From: Pseudomonadota bacterium
GTDB taxonomy: Bacteria > Pseudomonadota > Alphaproteobacteria > Sphingomonadales > SMXR01
Assembly (NCBI GenBank): GCA_022566215.1
Contig: JADFJJ010000001.1
Location: forward strand, 53,791 to 117,790
Reading direction: 5' to 3'
Length of the DNA stretch: 64,000 nucleotides
Below, in pieces: positions 57,381-64,000 of this stretch. Position numbers and translations under genes: made by a program. The notes beneath the pieces were generated by a model. It was not told the DNA's origin, did no database searches, and worked only from the letters and a program-made list of their open reading frames with translations. The first letter of the stretch is position 1, and each line of letters begins with the position of its first letter.

Positions 57381-57535
57381 TTGAGGAGGTGCAAGGGAAT
57401 TGAATAAATCAATTCAACCTACGTACCGTTGGCTCTCGCCCGGTACGCCCTAATCTTATGTCCGCGGCAGGACAACTGGAAATCATATTTTTGTGATGTT
57501 TACCGGGCTTGGCCCGGGAATGAATTTCAGCGGAC

Positions 57536-59047
57536 TCAATCTTTTTTCCAGATCGGCGCGCCGCTTCCGGGAAGCCCTAGTTTTGGCCATTTTTTGGTGA
57601 CCAAATCGATAATTTCATCGCTCATTTTAATCTTGGCGCCCCATTCTCGGCTGGTTTCGGAACCGATTTTAGTAGTGGCGTCCAGGCCCATTTTTCCGCC
57701 CAGACTGGGAAGCGGTGAGGCAAAGTCCAGGTAATCGATCGGTGTATTTTCAACCAGCATGGTATCGCGCACCGGATCCATGCGGGTGGAGATTGCCCAG
57801 ATGACCTCCGGCCAACTTCTGATATCAATATCATCATCGACGACAATGATGAATTTTGTATAGATAAACTGGCGAAGATAGGACCAGATACCCATCATGA
57901 TGCGCCGGGCATGGCCGGGGTAAGCCTTTTTAATGCTGACCACCGCAATCCGGTAGGAACATCCCTCGGGCGGCAGCCAGAAATCAACTATTTCCGGAAA
58001 CTGGGCTTGAAGCAGCGGGACAAAAATTTCGTTCAGGGCCTCTCCCAGAACGCTTGGCTCATCGGGCGCCCGCCCGGTGTAGGTGGATAGATAAATCGGG
58101 TCCTTGCGCATGGTAATGGCGGAAACGGTAAAGACCGGAAATTTTTCAACCGCGTTATAATACCCGGTGTGGTCTCCATAGGGGCCTTCGTCATGAATGT
58201 CATCAAGTGACACGTGACCCTCAAGGACAATCTCGGCCTCGGCCGGAACCTTCAAGGGGATGGTTTTGCATTCCACCAGTTCAACCCGCTTTTTACGCAG
58301 CAGCCCGGCGAAATGGTATTCTGACATGGTGTCAGGGACCGGGGTGACAGCGGCGAGGATGGTTGCCGGATCGGCCCCGAGCACAGCGGCCACCGGCATT
58401 GGTTCACGCTTTTTGCTTTGCCAGTCGCGCAGGTGCTGGGCGCCGCCGCGGTGTTTTAGCCAGCGCATGCAGGTTTTGGTCTTGCCCAGCTTTTGCATGC
58501 GGTAAATGCCAAGATTAAAATTTTCCTTTTTATCACCGGACCCCTTGGTGACCACCAGCGGCCAAGTGATCAGGGGCGCCGGCTCGCCCGGCCAGCAGGT
58601 CTGTATCGGCAATAAATCCAGGTTAATGTCCTGGCCCTTGAGGACCACCTCGTGGACCGGGGCTTTTTTCAGCGTCTTGGGCCGCATCGCCAGGACATCC
58701 TTGGCCAGGGGCAGCAGCGACAAGGCGCTTTTTAAACTTTCCGGCGGGGCCGGTTTTTGCAAAAAGGCCAGCGCTTCGCCAATTTCCCTCAAACCCTCAG
58801 GCTTGGTATTCAGCGCCGCCGCAATTCGCCCGACACTGCCAAACAGGTTCACCAGAACCGGCATCCCGGCCTTCTTGCCTTGTTCGTTAATAACGTTTTC
58901 AAACAGTATCGCCGGGCCCCGTTCAGCAATAATGCGGGTCTGGATTTCAGTCATTTCAAGGTTGGTTGAAACCGGCTCGGTGACCCGGACCAGATCGCCG
59001 GATTGTTCCAGGGCTTTAATAAAGTCTCTGAGAGAGGTAAATGCCAT
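57536..59047 (-). CDS. ubiD: UbiD-family decarboxylase (4-hydroxy-3-polyprenylbenzoate decarboxylase)
   Basis: 503 aa starting [20 protein letters not shown]. UbiD patterns run throughout. Confidence 0.95.
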   Translation of the reverse strand: MAFTSLRDFIKALEQSGDLVRVTEPVSTNLEMTEIQTRIIAERGPAILFENVINEQGKKAGMPVLVNLFGSVGRIAAALNTKPEGLREIGEALAFLQKPAPPESLKSALSLLPLAKDVLAMRPKTLKKAPVHEVVLKGQDINLDLLPIQTCWPGEPAPLITWPLVVTKGSGDKKENFNLGIYRMQKLGKTKTCMRWLKHRGGAQHLRDWQSKKREPMPVAAVLGADPATILAAVTPVPDTMSEYHFAGLLRKKRVELVECKTIPLKVPAEAEIVLEGHVSLDDIHDEGPYGDHTGYYNAVEKFPVFTVSAITMRKDPIYLSTYTGRAPDEPSVLGEALNEIFVPLLQAQFPEIVDFWLPPEGCSYRIAVVSIKKAYPGHARRIMMGIWSYLRQFIYTKFIIVVDDDIDIRSWPEVIWAISTRMDPVRDTMLVENTPIDYLDFASPLPSLGGKMGLDATTKIGSETSREWGAKIKMSDEIIDLVTKKWPKLGLPGSGAPIWKKD

Positions 59048-59057
59048 CAGCCGTTCC

Positions 59058-59981
59058 TTACATAATGCTCAGCTTGCTGGCGGCGATACCCAAGAACAGC
59101 AACAGTCCAACAATCATGTTTGATTTGAAAATCCTGAGACAATTCACCGGGTCATGAATGTCCAGCTTTTCTATTTGGTTCTTGAAATGAAACAGCAGCG
59201 CAATTATCCCAAAATAGTAAATCACCATCAGATCCCCCTTAATGCCAACCAGAACAAGGAAACCAATCGTCAACCCGTAAAATATGAACAGCCAGGCGCG
59301 GGTGTTTTCCCCAAGCCTGATGGCGGTTGATTTCACCCCGACCAGAATGTCATCGTTTTTATCCATGTGGGCATAAATGGTATCATAACCGAGCGTCCAG
59401 AACACACCGGCTATATAAAGAAGAACCGGTTCCAGGCTGAGTGACCCGGTCACCGCGGTCCAGCCCATCAGCGCCCCCCAGTTAAAAGTCAGGCCAAGAA
59501 ACAGCTGCGGCCAGTAGGTAATCCGTTTCATAAAGGGGTAAATTGCCACCAGCACCAGCGAGGCCACGCCAAGGATTATGGTATATTTATTGAACTGCAT
59601 CAGGACCACCAGGCCCAGCAGACACATCAGTATAAGAAAAAGAATCGCTTCTCTCAGCGATATTTGCCCGCTGGCCAGGGGGCGCGCCTCGGTCCGGTCT
59701 ACCCGGTTGTCATAATCCCTGTCGACAATGTCATTGAAAGCACATCCGGCACTGCGCATGGCGAAGGCCCCAAGGGCAAAAAGGCCAAGCAAACGAAAAT
59801 CCGGATAAGTACCCTGCGGGGCGGCAAGGGCAACCCCCCACCAGCACGGCCACAACAAAAGCCAGGCGCCAATCGGCCGGTCAAACCGGCCCAGTTTCAG
59901 GAGCGGGCGTAAAAACAGCGGTGACCAGCGGTCAACCCAGTTGGTGGTCATGGCGTCGGCAATGATCTTGCTTTTAATCAT
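59058..59981 (-). CDS. ubiA: 4-hydroxybenzoate polyprenyltransferase
   Basis: It is polytopic, with NDIVDRDYD and [13 protein letters not shown] Asp-rich motifs. I chose the ATG at 59981. The track start is 60026. Confidence 0.9.
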   Translation of the reverse strand: MIKSKIIADAMTTNWVDRWSPLFLRPLLKLGRFDRPIGAWLLLWPCWWGVALAAPQGTYPDFRLLGLFALGAFAMRSAGCAFNDIVDRDYDNRVDRTEARPLASGQISLREAILFLILMCLLGLVVLMQFNKYTIILGVASLVLVAIYPFMKRITYWPQLFLGLTFNWGALMGWTAVTGSLSLEPVLLYIAGVFWTLGYDTIYAHMDKNDDILVGVKSTAIRLGENTRAWLFIFYGLTIGFLVLVGIKGDLMVIYYFGIIALLFHFKNQIEKLDIHDPVNCLRIFKSNMIVGLLLFLGIAASKLSIM

Positions 59982-60099
59982 TTTTCCCTGTCCCCAAGAA
60001 TGAATTGGTTGTTTTCCCCTGTTCAATTATTAGGGTAAGACTTTAAACTCAAGATTAAAGGATGTCATCCGGGGGATATTATTTTCCTGAAATATTTTT

Positions 60100-60852
60100 A
60101 TGGCCATGAAACAATTAAAACCAAAAGCCCGCCTGTTTGTACCCGGCCCTTTATCGCAGGGAGAGGTCATAACCCTGGCCGGCCAGCAAGTTCATTATAT
60201 TTCAAACCTCATCCGTTTGCAGGCAGGGGAGGCCCTGGCCCTCTTTAACGGCTGTGACGGGGAATGGCGGGCAGCCGTTGTCGCCTGCTCGAAAAAGGAA
60301 GTCACTTTGAAAGTGAGCCAATGTACGCGCAAGCAAACCCCAGAGCCGGACTTGTGGCTGGCTTTTGCACCGATCAAGCGTCCCGGGATTGATTACATGG
60401 CGCAAAAAGCGACTGAGCTGGGGGTCTCAAAACTGATTCCGGTCAGAACAATGCGGACCGTGGTTACCCGTGTCAAAACCGAACACCTGGCCGCCAGCGC
60501 CCGTGAGGCAGCCGAACAGTGCGAGCGCCTGACTATCCCCGAGGTTGTCGATATGGCCAAACTTGAGACCGTTCTGGGCAACTGGCCCGGCGAGCGATGG
60601 CTGCTTTTTTGTGATGAGGAAAAGGGCGATCCCCTGGTTGTGGAGGCTCTCCTGGCGGTGTCTCAAAAACCCGCTAAAAGTCCGTGGGGAATCCTGATCG
60701 GGCCGGAAGAGGGGTTTAGCTCAAAAGAACGTGAACTTATCCGCTCATATTCCTATTGCATTCCGGCATCATTAGGCCCACGTGTACTGAGGGCCGACAC
60801 CGCGGCCCTGGCCGCACTCAGCCTGTGGCAGGCGGCGATCGGGGATTGGTAA
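60100..60852 (+). CDS. rsmE: 16S rRNA (uracil1498-N3)-methyltransferase
   Basis: 250 aa with a PUA-like N-terminus and a SPOUT C-terminus (ILIGPEEGFSSKE...LGPRVLRADTAALAAL). Confidence 0.85.
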   Translation: MAMKQLKPKARLFVPGPLSQGEVITLAGQQVHYISNLIRLQAGEALALFNGCDGEWRAAVVACSKKEVTLKVSQCTRKQTPEPDLWLAFAPIKRPGIDYMAQKATELGVSKLIPVRTMRTVVTRVKTEHLAASAREAAEQCERLTIPEVVDMAKLETVLGNWPGERWLLFCDEEKGDPLVVEALLAVSQKPAKSPWGILIGPEEGFSSKERELIRSYSYCIPASLGPRVLRADTAALAALSLWQAAIGDW

Positions 60853-60865
60853 CAAGAGGGGTTTT

Positions 60866-62212
60866 GTGGAAAATAACCCGGCCATAGAAAACAAGGTCCA
60901 GTTGATGGAATTCCTGGCGAGCGGAATTAAACCGGTTGCTGACTGGCGCATTGGCATCGAGCATGAAAAATTTTGCTTTGACCTCAAGACCAAGGCCCCG
61001 CTTCCCTATCAAGGAAAAAAGGGAATCAAAGCGGTCCTGGAAGGATTTCAGAAGTTCGGCTGGAAAGGGATTAAGGAACAGGGAAAACTGATCGCGCTGG
61101 AAAAGGACGGCGCTTCGGTGACGCTGGAACCGGCCGGCCAGTTGGAGTTGTCCGGTGCGCCATTGGAAACTATCCACCAGACTTGCGATGAGGTGACTTT
61201 CCATCTTTACCAGGCCAAGGAAATTGGCAATGTCCTTGGGGTTGGGTTTATCGGCCTTGGCTTTCACCCGACGATGTCGAGAGAGGAAGCTCCGGCCATG
61301 CCCAAGGCGCGCTATGAAATTATGCGGAACTATATGCCGCAGGTTGGCGCCCTTGGTCTTGACATGATGCTGCGCACCACCACTGTCCAGGTCAATCTGG
61401 ATTTCGGCAGCGAGGCCGACATGGTAAAAAAATTCCGGGTCGGTCTGGCGCTGCAGCCCCTCGCCACTGCATTATTCGCCAACTCTCCCTTTAGCGAGGG
61501 AAAGCCAAACGGGTTTAAATCCTACCGCAGCCATATTTGGCTCGATACCGACCCGGCCCGGACCGGGATGCTACCGTTTGTGTTCGAGGATGGTTTCGGG
61601 TTTGAGCGCTATGTCGATTACGTTCTCGATGTGCCGATGTATTTTGTCTACCGCGATGGCTACATTAACGCCGCCGGCCAATCGTTCCGTGATTTCATGA
61701 AAGGGGAGCTTGGGGCATATCCCGGGCACAAACCAAAAATGTCCGACTGGACTGATCACCTGACCACGGTCTTCCCTGAAGTCAGATTGAAAACCTACCT
61801 CGAGATGCGCGGCGCCGATGGCGGAACCTGGAGCCGGCTGTGTGCCCTGCCGGCGTTTTGGGTTGGCCTTCTTTATGACCAAAGCGCGCTTGATGCCGCC
61901 TGGGATCTGGTCAAGGGCTGGAGCACCGGGGAGCGTCAGGAAATGCGGAACAATGTTCCGATGATGGCCCTTGAAACCCCTTGGGGAAAAAGGACGTTCC
62001 TGGATCTAGCCCGTGAGGTTTTGGATATTTCTGATCATGGTCTGAATAACAGAGCCCGGCTGTCCAACAGCGGGGAAAGCGAACAGGGGTTTTTGCAGAT
62101 CCTGAAGACCAGCGTGGAGCAGGGCAAGTGCCCGGCCGATGAAATTCTTGAGGCTTATTCCGGCCCATGGAATCAAAATATAGATAAAATTTTTGATGAA
62201 TTGAGTTACTGA
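60866..62212 (+). CDS. gshA: glutamate--cysteine ligase, plant/alphaproteobacterial (GCS2) type
   Basis: 448 aa with a GTG start. It has the patterns IGIEHEKF, LEPAGQLELSGAP, VQVNLDF and FPEVRLKTYLEMRGAD. Confidence 0.85.
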   Translation: MENNPAIENKVQLMEFLASGIKPVADWRIGIEHEKFCFDLKTKAPLPYQGKKGIKAVLEGFQKFGWKGIKEQGKLIALEKDGASVTLEPAGQLELSGAPLETIHQTCDEVTFHLYQAKEIGNVLGVGFIGLGFHPTMSREEAPAMPKARYEIMRNYMPQVGALGLDMMLRTTTVQVNLDFGSEADMVKKFRVGLALQPLATALFANSPFSEGKPNGFKSYRSHIWLDTDPARTGMLPFVFEDGFGFERYVDYVLDVPMYFVYRDGYINAAGQSFRDFMKGELGAYPGHKPKMSDWTDHLTTVFPEVRLKTYLEMRGADGGTWSRLCALPAFWVGLLYDQSALDAAWDLVKGWSTGERQEMRNNVPMMALETPWGKRTFLDLAREVLDISDHGLNNRARLSNSGESEQGFLQILKTSVEQGKCPADEILEAYSGPWNQNIDKIFDELSY

Positions 62213-62490
62213 GATTCGGTTTTTTCAAATTTTCATTTTAGAATAATATTGCTAATTAAATTCACTCTATAAAATTAAATAATTGCACAGATAAAATTTC
62301 AGCACTATTGCTATAAAATCGATTTCGTCATTTGACCTTAACTTTAATCCTTTAGTAGGCTCTTTGGGTTTGGTGAGTCGTGAACATGAGGCAGATACGA
62401 ATTCACTCTCACCGGGCCAACATAAATCTATGACTAGTTGTCTGCCTCAAAACTAGCTAGTTAACAAACAACCTTACCTAGGGGGGTAAT

Positions 62491-62652
62491 ATGGTAAATA
62501 CTCTAACTAATGGAGCACTGCTTGGTGTCTTCGGATATCTCTGGTACTGGCTGGCTACAGCTGCACCGTATATTGGTAGCGGCGGTGATGTAGTAGGCTC
62601 AGGCTATATATTCTTCACAATTCTGGCGGCAGCAATGCTGGCCGGCAAATAA
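62491..62652 (+). CDS. small hydrophobic peptide (53 aa)
   Basis: Not in the ORF track. The ATG at 62491 is preceded by GGGGGG. The product is MVNTLTNGALLGVFGYLWYWLATAAPYIGSGGDVVGSGYIFFTILAAAMLAGK, with two hydrophobic Gly-rich segments. Confidence 0.4.
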   Translation: MVNTLTNGALLGVFGYLWYWLATAAPYIGSGGDVVGSGYIFFTILAAAMLAGK

Positions 62653-62666
62653 GGGGAGAAAAAGAG

Positions 62667-62867
62667 ATGTTTGATAATATCATTAATAACGCAAAAGGCT
62701 CAGTGAACATGATGCTCATGTTCTTTGTCGCCGGTATAATTGGCATGGTCATTGGTACGCTGGTCGACGGCGGCACCTTTGATATCCGGGCCATTCTGAC
62801 ATTTGCTGTAAGCGCTGCAGTGGCTGGCTTTGCCACGTCACTCGTAATGGGTTGCATCAAAGGCTAA
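62667..62867 (+). CDS. small membrane protein (66 aa)
   Basis: The ATG is preceded by AAGGGGAG. It has two TM-like segments with small-xxx-small motifs (GIIGMVIG, AVAGFATS). It starts 14 nt after the upstream peptide ORF and is followed by a strong terminator. Confidence 0.5.
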   Translation: MFDNIINNAKGSVNMMLMFFVAGIIGMVIGTLVDGGTFDIRAILTFAVSAAVAGFATSLVMGCIKG

Positions 62868-62886
62868 GCCAAAATATTAAAAATTT

Positions 62887-62923
62887 AATTGGGCGCGGGA
62901 GATTTCTTCCGCGCCCAATTTTT
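62887..62923. terminator. strong bidirectional rho-independent terminator
   Basis: AATTGGGCGCGG-gagatttctt-CCGCGCCCAATT forms a perfect 12-bp stem followed by a T-run. It sits between the small-peptide pair (+) and the tldD stop (-). Confidence 0.8.
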
Positions 62924-64000
62924 ATGCTCCGGTGCCGCCGACCGTCAGGCCATCGACCAGAAGGGTTGGCTGGCCGACCCCTACCGGGATGCTTTGGCCC
63001 TCCTTGCCGCAGGTTCCGATCCCGAGGTCCAGCTCCAGGTCATTTCCCACCATGGTGACTTTTTTCAAAACCTCTGGCCCGCTGCCGATCAGGGTGGCTC
63101 CTTTCAGGGCTTTGCCAACCTTGCCGTCCTTGATCCGATAGGCCTCGGTACAGGAAAAGACGAATTTGCCGTTGGTGATGTCGACCTGGCCGCCACCGAA
63201 ACTGGTGGCATAGATGCCATCCTTGACGCTTTTCAAAATTTCCTCTGGCGGGTACTTTCCGGCCAGCATGAAAGTATTGGTCATTCTTGGCATTGGCGCA
63301 TGGGCGTAAGATTCGCGCCGGCCATTTCCAGTCGGCTTCATACCCATCAACCTGGCGTTCTGCCGGTCCTGAATATATCCTTTTAGTATCCCATCTTCGA
63401 TCAGCACCGTCTCGGACGCCGGGGTTCCCTCGTCATCAATGGTCAGCGACCCGCGCCGCCCCTCCAGCGTACCGTCATCAACCACCGTAATGCCCCTGGC
63501 CGCCACCTGTTGGCCCATCAGTCCGGCAAAGGCGGAGGTTTTTTTGCGGTTGAAATCCCCCTCCAGGCCGTGGCCGACCGCTTCGTGCAGCAACACCCCC
63601 GGCCAGCCGGGGCCCAGCACCACCTGCATTTCACCGGCCGGGGCCGGGACCGAGGTCATGTTAACGGCAGCCTGGCGCAGGGCCTCGTCCGCCTGGGCCT
63701 TCCAGTTTTTGGTTTTGAACAGGCGGGAGTACCCATGGCGCCCACCGGTCCCGGAGACCCCGGTCTCCATCCTGCCGTCCTGTTCCAGGACAACACTGAT
63801 GTTCAACCTGACCAATGGGCGGATATCGCTGGCCGAGGCGCCGCCGGCGCGCATGATATGGATCAGGTTCCAGGCGCCAGCCAGCGAAGCGCTGACCTGG
63901 CGCACCCGCTCATCCTTTGCTCTAAGGTAAGCATCAATTTCCTCAAGCAGCTTGACCTTGGCCTGGAACTCATAATCCTCCAGCGGGTTGTCGGGGGGAT
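62922..64000 (-). CDS. tldD: metalloprotease TldD, C-terminal part; the 5' end lies beyond the window
   Basis: It has the motifs [32 protein letters not shown] and [13 protein letters not shown]. The reading frame stays open to position 64000. Confidence 0.9.
   Translation of the reverse strand, partial: PPDNPLEDYEFQAKVKLLEEIDAYLRAKDERVRQVSASLAGAWNLIHIMRAGGASASDIRPLVRLNISVVLEQDGRMETGVSGTGGRHGYSRLFKTKNWKAQADEALRQAAVNMTSVPAPAGEMQVVLGPGWPGVLLHEAVGHGLEGDFNRKKTSAFAGLMGQQVAARGITVVDDGTLEGRRGSLTIDDEGTPASETVLIEDGILKGYIQDRQNARLMGMKPTGNGRRESYAHAPMPRMTNTFMLAGKYPPEEILKSVKDGIYATSFGGGQVDITNGKFVFSCTEAYRIKDGKVGKALKGATLIGSGPEVLKKVTMVGNDLELDLGIGTCGKEGQSIPVGVGQPTLLVDGLTVGGTGA

Noticed and set aside
57495-57540. 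An SRP (4.5S) RNA-like word, GTTTACCGGGCTTGGCCCGGGAA, on the + strand.
   Set aside because: Only the GUUUACC start resembles domain IV. The conserved GGAA tetraloop and the AGCA 3' side are absent, and the element abuts the ubiD stop codon region. I report it only as generic structure.
1-64000. A search by eye for CRISPR arrays, long tandem repeats, IS elements, integrases, toxin-antitoxin pairs and reverse transcriptases.
   Set aside because: None was seen. No spaced direct-repeat arrays were visible, and no ORF carried transposase, integrase or RT motifs. A computational repeat search would be needed to exclude short or degenerate repeats.

Overview
The window reads as chromosomal DNA from an alphaproteobacterium. 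That assignment is an inference from gene content and synteny: ftsEX, etfBA-hbd, ribF-ileS-lspA-DUF3035, several alpha-typical DUF families, and an RcGTA-type terminase and portal. I can support about 70 protein-coding genes, one tRNA-Leu(CAA) and four intrinsic terminators. I saw no rRNA, CRISPR array, transposase or integrase.

Most of the window is housekeeping:
- Envelope and lipid genes: an Mla/Mce-type ABC system, plsC, an LplT-like MFS transporter, lspA, dsbB and a TlpA-like protein.
- Cell division: ftsEX.
- Ubiquinone synthesis: coq7, ubiD, ubiA.
- Translation and RNA modification: ileS, gluQ, tadA, rsmD, rsmE and a pseudouridine synthase.
- Repair: mutL, xseA and a Y-family polymerase.
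- Others: purD, gshA, pmbA and tldD.
- A seven-gene TonB2-type energy-transduction cluster at 24.1-29.7 kb.

The only clearly accessory stretch is a compositional mosaic at about 29.7-39.7 kb. In order, it contains:
- a 413-bp AT-rich spacer;
- an AT-rich fused pabB-pabC gene;
- a divergent pair made of an XRE/CI-like repressor and a DUF6456-like protein, with GGTTA repeats and an exact TTAA-N7-TTAA word between them;
- a GC-rich GTA-type packaging module (TerS-like, TerL, portal) whose portal is truncated at about 36.70 kb;
- an AT-rich replacement segment carrying an orphan protein of about 206 aa;
- a low-GC three-gene membrane/SCP2/DUF1499-like operon.

Other items worth a second look:
- an unlisted 45-aa lipoprotein gene, apparently translationally coupled to a DUF4175-like gene (15.6 kb);
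- a hairpin-dense 3' region after ubiD (57.3-57.5 kb);
- a small AT-rich islet encoding two glycine-zipper-like membrane peptides (62.2-62.9 kb).

I found no compelling complete novel system. The best candidates are the regulatory pair with the decayed GTA module and the cargo next to it.

All family assignments come from motif recognition by eye and recalled family patterns. No database search was run. Start codons are often uncertain by tens of nucleotides.
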